This document shows positions 17,175-25,433 of a DNA stretch of 28,163 nucleotides, piece by piece (within the stretch, counting starts at the first letter, position 1; each line of letters opens with the position of its first letter). Source of the stretch: a virus (lineage: Duplodnaviria > Caudoviricetes); IMG/VR virus record IMGVR_UViG_3300025066_000123, positions 1 to 28,163 of that record. The stretch is one strand, 5' to 3'. The position numbers were made by a program, and so were the translations under genes. The notes beneath the pieces were generated by a model. It was not told the DNA's origin. It did no database searches and saw only the letters and a list, made by a program, of their open reading frames with translations.

Positions 17175-17522
17175 TTAATACACCCCTATTCCATTTTGCT
17201 TATTCCCTTTGCCCAGATGAATGAATGTTTTAGAAATTGCCATGTCTTTAAAAAAACCCATATCTAAGGCATAATAAAATAAAGTATATCGCTTGTATCT
17301 ATCTTTTAACGAAATATCTACTGCTAAACCTTTAGTATGCTGATTCATTGAATTTTTACTTACCTCCGAGTTATGCTTTTCGCATCGGTAAGCAGAATTA
17401 ACTTTAAAACCAAAATTACATTTCTCACGAAGCAATTGAAGTTTCTCCATAAATGTAGAATCCATATTGCAAGAACCACAACAAGGACAAGCTAATTCAC
17501 TTTTTTTGAAGTTTTTTGTCAT
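17175..17522 (-). CDS. Peptidase M15A-family endolysin (Zn D-Ala-D-Ala peptidase fold)
   Basis: NFKKSELACPCCG, VNSAYRCEKHN, QHTKGLAVDI, FIHLG motifs; start taken at MTKNF (17522) rather than 17600 in the ORF track because the family begins there and the longer start overlaps the upstream gene. Confidence 0.85.
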   Translation of the reverse strand: MTKNFKKSELACPCCGSCNMDSTFMEKLQLLREKCNFGFKVNSAYRCEKHNSEVSKNSMNQHTKGLAVDISLKDRYKRYTLFYYALDMGFFKDMAISKTFIHLGKGNKQNGIGVY

Positions 17523-17685
17523 AATGGTTTTTTCTGAAAATTTTATTATAATTTTCTTTATACTGCTTATCATTTTGATAAGCAAATCTTGGAAAATCAC
17601 CTTTACCAGATTTATTTAAACCTAATTGTGTTCCATTGAATTTTTGGACTCCACCACTTCGTATCTTTTCAGATAAATCTTTCAC
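17497..17685 (-). CDS. Small basic hypothetical protein (62 aa)
   Basis: GTG start overlapping upstream stop; GKGDFPR...YKENYNKIF motif of a small phage protein type. Confidence 0.6.
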   Translation of the reverse strand: MKDLSEKIRSGGVQKFNGTQLGLNKSGKGDFPRFAYQNDKQYKENYNKIFRKNHYDKKLQKK

Positions 17686-17822
17686 TTCTTTTTAGCTTTC
17701 TTTTTAATCTCTTTTCCATTCTTATCACATGGAGTAAACCGAGCCTTAAAAGATTCTAAATTATGATTTTTTGGGTTATATTTAACAATATGCCCATTTG
17801 GTCTAATAAAATATTTATCCAT
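17682..17822 (-). CDS. Small basic hypothetical protein (46 aa, not in ORF track)
   Basis: MDKYFIRPNGHIVKYNPKNHNLESFKARFTPCDKNGKEIKKKAKKK*; stop overlaps next GTG (GTGA). Confidence 0.65.
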   Translation of the reverse strand: MDKYFIRPNGHIVKYNPKNHNLESFKARFTPCDKNGKEIKKKAKKK

Positions 17823-17831
17823 AATAAGTAT

Positions 17832-17852
17832 GAGGGGGAATAAATCCCCCTC
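17832..17852 (-). terminator. GC-rich hairpin after major capsid gene (weak terminator/attenuator or stabiliser)
   Basis: GAGGGGGA-TTTAT-TCCCCCTC 8-bp stem; followed by ATACTTATT rather than a U run. Confidence 0.5.
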
Positions 17853-17872
17853 TACCTTTCAATTGATTAAGA

Positions 17873-18730
17873 TTAAGATACATCTGAAAGCATATAAACT
17901 GCCCATTCATCGACAAGCTCAACTTCTTTCCAACGACCTACTGCGACTAATTCAAAAGCTCTCGCTGATGCGTTTCTTTCGATTTCTACATTCATAAGTC
18001 CTTTGGTATGTAACCCAATAGCACCCTTATGGAATATAGCACCTGCTGCATCACCCCCACTTCCAACATCTTCATTGATTTCATTAGAAACTAATACAGG
18101 CATACCTGCAAACATATCAACAAAACCTTTCTTTTTAAAGTCCTCTGATAATGTGCCAGTAGCTGTTACAGTAGACAGTAATGGTCTTAACCCTTTAGCA
18201 CCATAATATTGCTTCGGAGAAATAACTGCTGTTAATGCTGTTGTATCACCATTACCTGCTTTAATTTGACGAATTGCATCGTACCAATGGTCTAATGTCA
18301 TTGTAGTATCAGCCCCTGCAACTGTTTGAGAAAATGAACCAAACAAACCAACAATATCATCTTCTAATTTTGCTTTCATAGCACTTGCAAATAATGTTGA
18401 AATATCATCAACAATGTCGTTACGAGCAGACATAACTGATAAATCAGAAATATTTGCCATAGCAACATGTTCTGCAACTGTTGCTGTTGTAGCAGCATTT
18501 GTAACTTGTTTATTTGTAGAATGGTCAGTACCCTCTGCAACTTCAGTTACATCACTTGATGCGACTGTGCCATAAATTGGAAAATCAACAGTTTTTCCAG
18601 GTTCTCCCTCTGTATCAATCCACCGAACAGCTTCTAAAATTCCTGCTTGGTCTTGTAATTTCATTAACGATTCTGCTTGAATATCATCAACCAGTCCTGC
18701 TATATTTGAACTTAATGTTTCATTTGCCAT
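17873..18730 (-). CDS. Major capsid protein (HK97 fold)
   Basis: 285 aa; GEPGKTVDFP, EVAEG, AVISPKQY, FAGMPVLVSNEI, VEIERNAS motifs of N4-gp56/P22-coat-like MCPs; follows scaffold. Confidence 0.9.
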   Translation of the reverse strand: MANETLSSNIAGLVDDIQAESLMKLQDQAGILEAVRWIDTEGEPGKTVDFPIYGTVASSDVTEVAEGTDHSTNKQVTNAATTATVAEHVAMANISDLSVMSARNDIVDDISTLFASAMKAKLEDDIVGLFGSFSQTVAGADTTMTLDHWYDAIRQIKAGNGDTTALTAVISPKQYYGAKGLRPLLSTVTATGTLSEDFKKKGFVDMFAGMPVLVSNEINEDVGSGGDAAGAIFHKGAIGLHTKGLMNVEIERNASARAFELVAVGRWKEVELVDEWAVYMLSDVS

Positions 18731-18741
18731 TTTTCAATCCT

Positions 18742-19284
18742 CTATGATTGTCCGAAATAACTAAGTAATCCTTTTTTCTTGGCTTCTCTATAACCATTAG
18801 GATTTTTTTTCATCCATTCAGTTTTAGATTCGTACCCACCATTCTCGGCATTTTCACTATTTCGGCTACGATTATCTATATGATTTGGATTATTAGCTTT
18901 CGCACTAATTTTTGTAACATATTTATCTAATAAATTAAGGTCTGCATTCCCCCACACACCTTTTTCATCTTCAGGTAGCTGATTTAAAAGCTCTTCTCGC
19001 TTAGTTGCTTCATAGTTTTTCCATTTATCAGCACCAATCTTATTTTCCTCATTCTCAACTGAAACTTTTTCATAGAGAGTTTTAAACTCTTCTTTTTCTT
19101 TCAGTTTTTCATCAGCAAAACTATTGATTTTAGCCTCTAATTCTGCAACTTTCGCCTCTGCTGCCTGACTCCGATGACGATACTTTTTGCTTTCTGCAAT
19201 TAATTCAGAATTATTATCTAACTCTGCACTCTTTGTATCATTTTCCACTACTGCTTCCTTTGATACTTGTGGTTCTTCGGACAT
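18742..19284 (-). CDS. Capsid scaffolding protein
   Basis: 180 aa charged coiled coil (ELIAESKKYR...KEKEEFKTLYE) just upstream of MCP; AGGAGG RBS. Confidence 0.8.
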   Translation of the reverse strand: MSEEPQVSKEAVVENDTKSAELDNNSELIAESKKYRHRSQAAEAKVAELEAKINSFADEKLKEKEEFKTLYEKVSVENEENKIGADKWKNYEATKREELLNQLPEDEKGVWGNADLNLLDKYVTKISAKANNPNHIDNRSRNSENAENGGYESKTEWMKKNPNGYREAKKKGLLSYFGQS

Positions 19285-19314
19285 CTGTCCTCCTAATATA
19301 GTTATGTATTACTA

Positions 19315-19368
19315 ATAGTTGTATTATACAACTATAATATATTATATTATTTATACTATTATATGCAA
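19315..19368. promoter_or_regulatory. Divergent late promoter region with palindromic operator
   Basis: ATAGTTGTAT-T-ATACAACTAT perfect inverted repeat (19315-19335); palindrome TATAATATATTATA (19333-19346) gives a TATAAT on each strand; minus-strand TTGCAT (19368-19363)-16 nt-TATAAT (19346-19341). Confidence 0.6.
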
Positions 19369-19375
19369 CAATTAA

Positions 19376-20686
19376 ATGAATAAACAGTTAGTTTTTAAGA
19401 AAAAGTTATTTGAGCAGATAGGATATACTCCCCATAAGGGTCAAATGAAACTCCATTATCCTGAAAAAGAGCATCGTTTTACTGTTGCTACCTGTGGTAG
19501 AAGATTCGGGAAATCTTTATCTGCTGCAATGGAAGCTGTTTACACGATTACTCAGCCTAATAAACGGATTTGGGTTGTTGCTCCTACTTATGAACTATCT
19601 AATAAGGTATTTAGAGAAGTTTATAAAAAATTGATTATTGAAATGGGGTGGAAGCCAAAAAGATACTCTGAACGAGACCAGTACTTAGAATTTGATTGGG
19701 GAAGCTCGATACAGGGAAAATCTGCAGCTAAACCTGAAACATTATTAGGGGAATCCAATTCATTGGTTATATTAGATGAATGTGCTTATATCCGTAAAAT
19801 TGTATGGGAGCAATATTTAAGACCTACATTGTCTGACCAAAAAGATAGTAGAGCTATATTTATTACTACTCCACATGGCTTTAATTGGATATATGAATTG
19901 ACTCAAAGAGAAGATGAGGATTGGTATGGGTTTAATTCTCCATCTTGGGAAAACCACTATGCTTTCCCTGATGGTTATCAAGACAAAGATTTACAAGAGA
20001 TTAGGCGAAATTTAAGTCCTCAAGTGTTCCAACAGGAGTATGGGGCGAGTTTTACATCAATGGGTGGGGTGGTTTATGAATCATTTAGGAGAGATACTCA
20101 TGTAGGTGAGTACAATCATAATCCAAAGAAACAAACCTACTGTGTTATGGATTTTGGTTATCGAATGCCGTCGGTATTATGGATGCAGACTTGGGTTGAC
20201 GAAGATGGATTAGAACATATTAATATAATTGATGAAATAGTCCATGAAAGAAATGTAAAAACAGAAATATTAGCTCGTAGAATAACGCAAAAACCATATC
20301 AAGTAACGAGATACTATGCTGACCCAGCAGGTGGACAAGTCCAAAGTCAATCAGGGATGGGTGATATTGCATTGATGCGAAATTTTGGTATTTATTGTAG
20401 ATACCCAAGAGATAAAACATCAAGGTCAATTTCCACAGGGATAGACCATGTAAGGTCATTTTTTGAAAATGCTGATGGTGTACATAGAATCCATATTGAT
20501 AAGAGATGTAAAGGTCTTGTTGAGGACTTAGAAGCATACCGATACGAATTAGACAAAGATAATAAACCATTAAAGGAAAATCCATTGAAAGATGGTTATT
20601 CAGACCATAGTATGGATGCTTTAAGAATGTTTTTTGTAACACATTACCCAATTAAAAATATGCAAATGAAAGTTGTAGCGAGATGA
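19376..20686 (+). CDS. terL: Terminase large subunit
   Basis: Walker A GRRFGKS, Walker B LVILDE, motif III ITTP, nuclease MDFG...YYADPAG...DHSMDALR. Confidence 0.95.
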   Translation: MNKQLVFKKKLFEQIGYTPHKGQMKLHYPEKEHRFTVATCGRRFGKSLSAAMEAVYTITQPNKRIWVVAPTYELSNKVFREVYKKLIIEMGWKPKRYSERDQYLEFDWGSSIQGKSAAKPETLLGESNSLVILDECAYIRKIVWEQYLRPTLSDQKDSRAIFITTPHGFNWIYELTQREDEDWYGFNSPSWENHYAFPDGYQDKDLQEIRRNLSPQVFQQEYGASFTSMGGVVYESFRRDTHVGEYNHNPKKQTYCVMDFGYRMPSVLWMQTWVDEDGLEHINIIDEIVHERNVKTEILARRITQKPYQVTRYYADPAGGQVQSQSGMGDIALMRNFGIYCRYPRDKTSRSISTGIDHVRSFFENADGVHRIHIDKRCKGLVEDLEAYRYELDKDNKPLKENPLKDGYSDHSMDALRMFFVTHYPIKNMQMKVVAR

Positions 20687-21984
20687 ATATAATAAAAGAA
20701 TCAATAAAGAATTTAAAACTTAATAACCATAGGGCAAGAAGAAACCATATTGACAAGATGCTTGATTACTATGAGGGTGAGAATACCGTTAAATATATTC
20801 AGAGCAAGTTTAAAGCTGAAGCATTTAAGGAAGTTCCTCCATTATTTATTAACTTTACACATAGATTTATTAATAAAATGGCTCGTATTTATCGAACAGG
20901 TGCGACTCGTAATGTTTCAGACCAATATTCTGCACTTACTCAATTTAAAAATGTCAAATTAAAACACATTGAAAGACTTGCTAAGTTATTAGGGACGGTT
21001 GCAGTTAGAATCTCTTACAATGAGATGACAAAGCAATTTGACTATCATCCTATTTATCACTATCATCCATTTGTTACTGAAGAAAATCCATTGACTCCTT
21101 ATGCAATTAGCTATGAGATAAATTCATCAACTGATGATGTGAGTTCTGAGTCTAATCCGTCTTATGTTTATTTAGATTCAGAAAAACTTGTACAATACAA
21201 CAATGATGGTTTAATAGTAAAAGAGATAGAGCATAATTATGGAGTTTTACCTGTTGCATTTATTCATCGAGAGCCACAAATAGATTCTCACTTTGTTTCA
21301 GGTGCTTCTGATATTATTCAGGCGAATGAAGCAGTAAACATATTGTTTACTGAGTTATGTTTAGGTGGTCGTTTCCAAGCATTTGGACAGCCTGTTGTCA
21401 CAGGTGTTTATGCTGATAGTGGTGTTGTTAGGGCAGGAACAGATGAAACAATAATACTTCCAGAGGGTGCATCATTTGATATTGTATCTCCAAAAGGGGA
21501 TATGCGTGGATTAATTGAAATTATTAAGACAATAATGGAAACAACAGGTGCTAATAATCATTTACATATTGATTTTAATCGTTCAGGTGGTGAAGTTCCG
21601 AGTGGAATAGCTTTAGTTATTCGTGATTTAGAACGCAGAGAGGATTATGAAGATTATGTTGATTTATGGGAAATGTATGAACACCAAATATATACTATAG
21701 AAAAAGGTATTATGTCTGCTAATAATATCTCGCTACCGAATAATTTAGGATTGGATTTTACAGAGCCTGAATATCCAAAATCTACACAAGATGAGATTAT
21801 GCTTAATCAATTTATGTTAGATAATAATTTAACATCAGGTTCAAAATTATTAAAATCTTATAATAAAGATTTAACAATTGAACAGGCAAAATCATTGATA
21901 AAGGAAAATAAGGTAGAAAATGGCAACGAACAAACCGAGCAATCAATTATTCAAAGACTTCGTCAAAGAACAGAAAGAACTTAA
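20683..21984 (+). CDS. Portal protein (SPP1 gp6-like)
   Basis: 433 aa after TerL; LDYYEG, INFTHRFIN, HNYGVLPVAF, SGIAL motifs. Confidence 0.9.
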   Translation: MNIIKESIKNLKLNNHRARRNHIDKMLDYYEGENTVKYIQSKFKAEAFKEVPPLFINFTHRFINKMARIYRTGATRNVSDQYSALTQFKNVKLKHIERLAKLLGTVAVRISYNEMTKQFDYHPIYHYHPFVTEENPLTPYAISYEINSSTDDVSSESNPSYVYLDSEKLVQYNNDGLIVKEIEHNYGVLPVAFIHREPQIDSHFVSGASDIIQANEAVNILFTELCLGGRFQAFGQPVVTGVYADSGVVRAGTDETIILPEGASFDIVSPKGDMRGLIEIIKTIMETTGANNHLHIDFNRSGGEVPSGIALVIRDLERREDYEDYVDLWEMYEHQIYTIEKGIMSANNISLPNNLGLDFTEPEYPKSTQDEIMLNQFMLDNNLTSGSKLLKSYNKDLTIEQAKSLIKENKVENGNEQTEQSIIQRLRQRTERT

Positions 21985-22153
21985 CGAATTTGAAGAAAAA
22001 GAATTTAAAGCAAAAACCAGTAACATCTTGCGAAACCCTGAAGAATTTGCAAAAGAATACATCGAAACAAATATTGCACTTAATATCGGAAGAATATTTA
22101 AAGCATATCGGCTTGGAGTGGACTTTGCCAAGAAAAATATACAAAATCAATGA
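21920..22153 (+). CDS. Hypothetical protein (77 aa)
   Basis: AAGG upstream of ATG, overlaps portal 3' end and coupled to next gene (ATGA). Confidence 0.6.
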   Translation: MATNKPSNQLFKDFVKEQKELNEFEEKEFKAKTSNILRNPEEFAKEYIETNIALNIGRIFKAYRLGVDFAKKNIQNQ

Positions 22154-22683
22154 AAATTAGCTTTGATATAACTTATGATGCAAATAAGCTCAAAAAGGCT
22201 ATACCTAAGATGATTAGAGAATATTTGAATGATAGTATCATATCTTTAGAGAAAGGCTCTAAGGGGGCGATTATGAAAGGCAAATTTGAGCCACTTGGGA
22301 AATTTACAAAAATTGCACGAGAACAAGGACTTTCCCCAAATTCAGGGAATAAAGAGAGTAGTTCTAAGAAACCATTGAAATATACAGGTGAATTATTCCG
22401 TTCTATTAAAGCAAGAAAGAGAGATAAGTCTATAGAGTTTAATAAATATGGAATTTATCATCTTGGTGCAGATGAAAATTTAGATGTCACTCTTGATAGT
22501 TTTAAATCTACAGCTGGTAAAGGTTCTGGAACTGCCTATAAAGTTGCGAGTAATAGTTTTTCAAAAAAATATGGAATTGTTAATAAAAGTGTACCAATTA
22601 GAGATTGGTTACAATTTGATAAAAATATACATAAAATAGCTAACGAATTTTATAAAAAATTGGATAAGAACTTTGCCAAATGA
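22150..22683 (+). CDS. Virion morphogenesis / neck protein (Mu gpG-like)
   Basis: Basic 177 aa; PLKYTGELFRSI, YGIYHLG, VPIRDWL motifs. Confidence 0.6.
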   Translation: MKISFDITYDANKLKKAIPKMIREYLNDSIISLEKGSKGAIMKGKFEPLGKFTKIAREQGLSPNSGNKESSSKKPLKYTGELFRSIKARKRDKSIEFNKYGIYHLGADENLDVTLDSFKSTAGKGSGTAYKVASNSFSKKYGIVNKSVPIRDWLQFDKNIHKIANEFYKKLDKNFAK

Positions 22684-23194
22684 AATAGATGATTATTTAG
22701 AAACTGTTATAAGCGAAAATGATGTAACTCAGGATGATATTGATTTTTTAGAGTTTTTATTTGCATTAACATTATTTGAGGTTGCAATTTTTACTGCTAA
22801 CATAAATTCATTTATTGAAAGAATGGATTTTGAGGGATTATCTCAGGCTCAAATAGAATTAAGAATAGAAAGTCAGATAGTTAATAAATTAGGTGCATTT
22901 TCAATTCTATCAACTTCTACTAATGATTTAATCCGATTTGGGATAAGAGAAGCATCTCGGCTTGGGATGATGTCGGTATATAATGAAGTTTATGGTGATA
23001 ATGCCCAATACAGATGGATCGTAGCGAGAGGGGTTAAGCATTGTGCTGATTGTGACGGTAGACAAGGAGAAATCCATACATTTAATGATTGGGTTGGTTT
23101 AGGATTACCTGCAACAGGCTGGAGCAGATGTAATTTTAGGTGTTATTGTATTTTAGACCCAGTCGGTAAAATAGATAACTCTGTTCAAATATGA
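22673..23194 (+). CDS. Head morphogenesis / minor capsid protein (Mu gpF/SPP1 gp7-like C-terminus)
   Basis: YRWIV...HCADC...G...LP...CNFRCYC cysteine cluster; TTG start. Confidence 0.65.
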   Translation: MPNEIDDYLETVISENDVTQDDIDFLEFLFALTLFEVAIFTANINSFIERMDFEGLSQAQIELRIESQIVNKLGAFSILSTSTNDLIRFGIREASRLGMMSVYNEVYGDNAQYRWIVARGVKHCADCDGRQGEIHTFNDWVGLGLPATGWSRCNFRCYCILDPVGKIDNSVQI

Positions 23195-23853
23195 AAAAAC
23201 ATTTAACAAAAGTAAATTATAACGAGATACGAGATAATGCTGCTAAGATTGTAGGGTTAAATCCTGCAATTACAGATAGAGAGGTTTGCGAGATACTTAG
23301 TATTTCAAGGACAGGCTTTACAAAGATAAAGCAAGACCGTATCTTTCATGAAAAAATGGAAGATGTCTTTGAGAAGAATATAACAAGAGATTTATTACTT
23401 GTTGATGTAGCAATGATAAGTGAAGCTCAAAAAGGAAATGTTCAAGCAGCGAGATATTTAGCTGAAAGACATGGGAAGTTTGTTAAGAAGTACCAGATAG
23501 AGGTTAAATCACCTTACGAGTTGTTTGCTAAAGAAGTAGAAACAGCTGAATATGAAGAATTAGGTGAGTATCATGTATCTAAAGCAGATTTACCACCGAG
23601 AGATGCACGAAATGATAAACCTTTAACCAGAGCGATAGAAGAAAAGAAACAATTAAATTCTACACTTAAAAAATTTAAACGAGAAAAGCATCCACAATTT
23701 ATAGCCGACAGACAGGATAGAGCTGCATTAAGAGAAAGAGCTAAAGCTGTGGGATTAAAACCAATGAGCAGAGGAAAGCCTACTAAAGATAAAAGAGATA
23801 GATGGATTTCCGAGTTATTAAGGCTCGAAGAAGAAAAACGAGGTTACAAATAA
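23191..23853 (+). CDS. HTH protein, probable terminase small subunit
   Basis: N-terminal HTH (ITDREVCEILSISRTGF) then AQKGNVQAARYLAERHGKF, a pattern common in small terminases; basic C-terminus. Confidence 0.6.
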   Translation: MKKHLTKVNYNEIRDNAAKIVGLNPAITDREVCEILSISRTGFTKIKQDRIFHEKMEDVFEKNITRDLLLVDVAMISEAQKGNVQAARYLAERHGKFVKKYQIEVKSPYELFAKEVETAEYEELGEYHVSKADLPPRDARNDKPLTRAIEEKKQLNSTLKKFKREKHPQFIADRQDRAALRERAKAVGLKPMSRGKPTKDKRDRWISELLRLEEEKRGYK

Positions 23854-23971
23854 CACCTGTGCATAGTGCATTTCAATGTGATATACATATTGTTATGTAC
23901 TGTGTTTTTAAGCATTAAGAAACATTAGTTTGAGAAATAAAAAAAATTAGCTTTCACCTTTTTTATATAAG

Positions 23972-24070
23972 TTATCAACATACTTTTATGTAGTCCTTAC
24001 CCTTACATAATGTTAATACTTATGAAATACCTATTTAGGATTGTCCACACAGTTATCAACATTATCAACA
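23972..24070 (+). repeat. Cluster of four co-oriented DnaA-box-like 9-mers
   Basis: TTATCAACA at 23972, 24053, 24062 and TTGTCCACA at 24041; each one mismatch from TTATCCACA. Confidence 0.55.
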
Positions 24071-24287
24071 TCTGTACAAGAACATACTTAAAACAAGGAA
24101 TAAAAGACTTGTAATTCCCATATATTATATATAAATTATATACATATCGTTCCAATAAAGACAAATACCCCTGTCAATCACTATACTTCACTTCTCTGGA
24201 TTACTATTTTTAGTGACATTAAACGATTGAAAAATGCTGATGGGATGCCCCCAAAGGTATTGTGCTGAAATCCACCCCACACCCCTC

Positions 24288-24332
24288 TTTATTTGTACCA
24301 TACAAGTAATATTTATTTGTACTATACAAGTA
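24288..24332. repeat. Two 21-bp direct repeats each containing palindrome TTGTA-N3-TACAA
   Basis: TTTATTTGTACCATACAAGTA (24288-24308) and TTTATTTGTACTATACAAGTA (24312-24332). Confidence 0.85.
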
Positions 24333-24373
24333 GATGATTGTTGGATGTTCCAGGTCTATAAATGATTGGCTGT

Positions 24374-24413
24374 GGGTGGGGATGTCTCACCTACCCCAAA
24401 ACTTTCTTTTATT
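24374..24413 (+). terminator. Possible terminator of the terminase/portal operon
   Basis: GGGTGGG-9 nt-CCTACCC stem (one G-U) followed after CAAAAC by TTTCTTTTATTT. Confidence 0.35.
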
Positions 24414-24549
24414 TAATACATTTCCAATAATATAAACTAAAGTTAAAATAATTAATCTTTTTATTAAGAAGTAATATAAATCTCATAGTAATATTATATC
24501 AGTTGCAAGGGGCAACAATTAAACGATAATAAAACATAAGATAAATAAC

Positions 24550-24876
24550 ATGAAAACAATTCAAATTAAAACAGTTAAAAAAGAAATTGAAAAGTGTATT
24601 AATGATATTGAAAAGTGTATTAATAGACCTATTATTTTTAATGATGGAACAACTTACCAATGCACTAGAGATTTTTTAGATTATACCATATGGATTGAGG
24701 GTAATAATAAATTGTTTCTAGGGGTTGATGGTTTACTATTAGATATAATATTTAATGGTAATAGTGATGGATGTAATTTTAGAAATGAACAGTATAAATT
24801 TGAAACTTTATTTAATAATGCTAACTGGTTTCAAGAGAGGGAAAATTACGGTTGTATAACATTTACAAAGAATTAA
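24550..24876 (+). CDS. Hypothetical early-type protein (108 aa)
   Basis: Shared leader AACATAAGATAAATAAC-ATG; internal duplication IEKCIN x2. Confidence 0.75.
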   Translation: MKTIQIKTVKKEIEKCINDIEKCINRPIIFNDGTTYQCTRDFLDYTIWIEGNNKLFLGVDGLLLDIIFNGNSDGCNFRNEQYKFETLFNNANWFQERENYGCITFTKN

Positions 24877-24909
24877 TCAATTAAAAAATAACATAGGATA
24901 AATAATAAC

Positions 24910-25416
24910 ATGAAAACAAATAAACTAAATGCAATTAATAATCTGCATAAATATATAAATAAAGTAACACCGTTAATAATAGACGGGTTAAGAGATAGTA
25001 ATTATAAATTTAAATCTGACGGTACAATATTTAAAAAAGATAGAGATTTAATAAAAAATATTTTATTGACAGAAAGTAATAAAAATAAATACATTAGAGA
25101 TTATGAATGTTATTTTGACGATAGATATAATTACACGAAGTATTTAAAATTTAAAATTTCATATAAGAACACACCCGACGTAAATAATTATTGTAGTAAT
25201 AGTTATTATACATTTGATAGAATATTATTTAATAAAGATAGGTCAAAAGATAATTACGCATTAATTACCAGTTTTAATAAATTACCTGTATTTTCACAGG
25301 CTAAGGTAAAAACGGCCGAGAACAAGGTATTATTATTAAAAAATAAAATAAGTGCTTTAAATAGTGAATTAAGTGTTTTAAATGCTAAATTTTTAAATCA
25401 AATAAACAATAAATAA
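24910..25416 (+). CDS. Hypothetical early-type protein (168 aa)
   Basis: Shared leader AACATAGGATAAATAATAAC-ATG; Asn/Lys/Tyr-rich with C-terminal coiled coil. Confidence 0.75.
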   Translation: MKTNKLNAINNLHKYINKVTPLIIDGLRDSNYKFKSDGTIFKKDRDLIKNILLTESNKNKYIRDYECYFDDRYNYTKYLKFKISYKNTPDVNNYCSNSYYTFDRILFNKDRSKDNYALITSFNKLPVFSQAKVKTAENKVLLLKNKISALNSELSVLNAKFLNQINNK

Positions 25417-25433
25417 CATAGGATAAAATAAAC

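Noticed and set aside
17523-17600. N-terminal extension of the M15 peptidase given in the ORF track
   Set aside because: Overlaps the 62-aa upstream gene; family homology begins at MTKNF (17522)
1882-22150. Many short ORF-track entries antisense to or nested in long genes (e.g. 1882-2097, 6898-7122, 8809-9138, 15227-15502, 20220-20651, 21943-22131)
   Set aside because: Shadow ORFs of well-supported genes; no RBS or recognisable motifs
24000-24030. dif-like site CCCTTACATAA-TGTTAA-TACTTATGAAA
   Set aside because: Left arm resembles a XerC half-site but the right arm does not match TTATGTTAAAT at 6-bp spacing
24288-24332. Possible mini-CRISPR array
   Set aside because: Only two 21-bp repeats separated by 3 bp; no spacer-length sequence and no cas genes
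24271-24396. G-quadruplex from G/C runs
   Set aside because: Fewer than four closely spaced G3+ tracts on either strand
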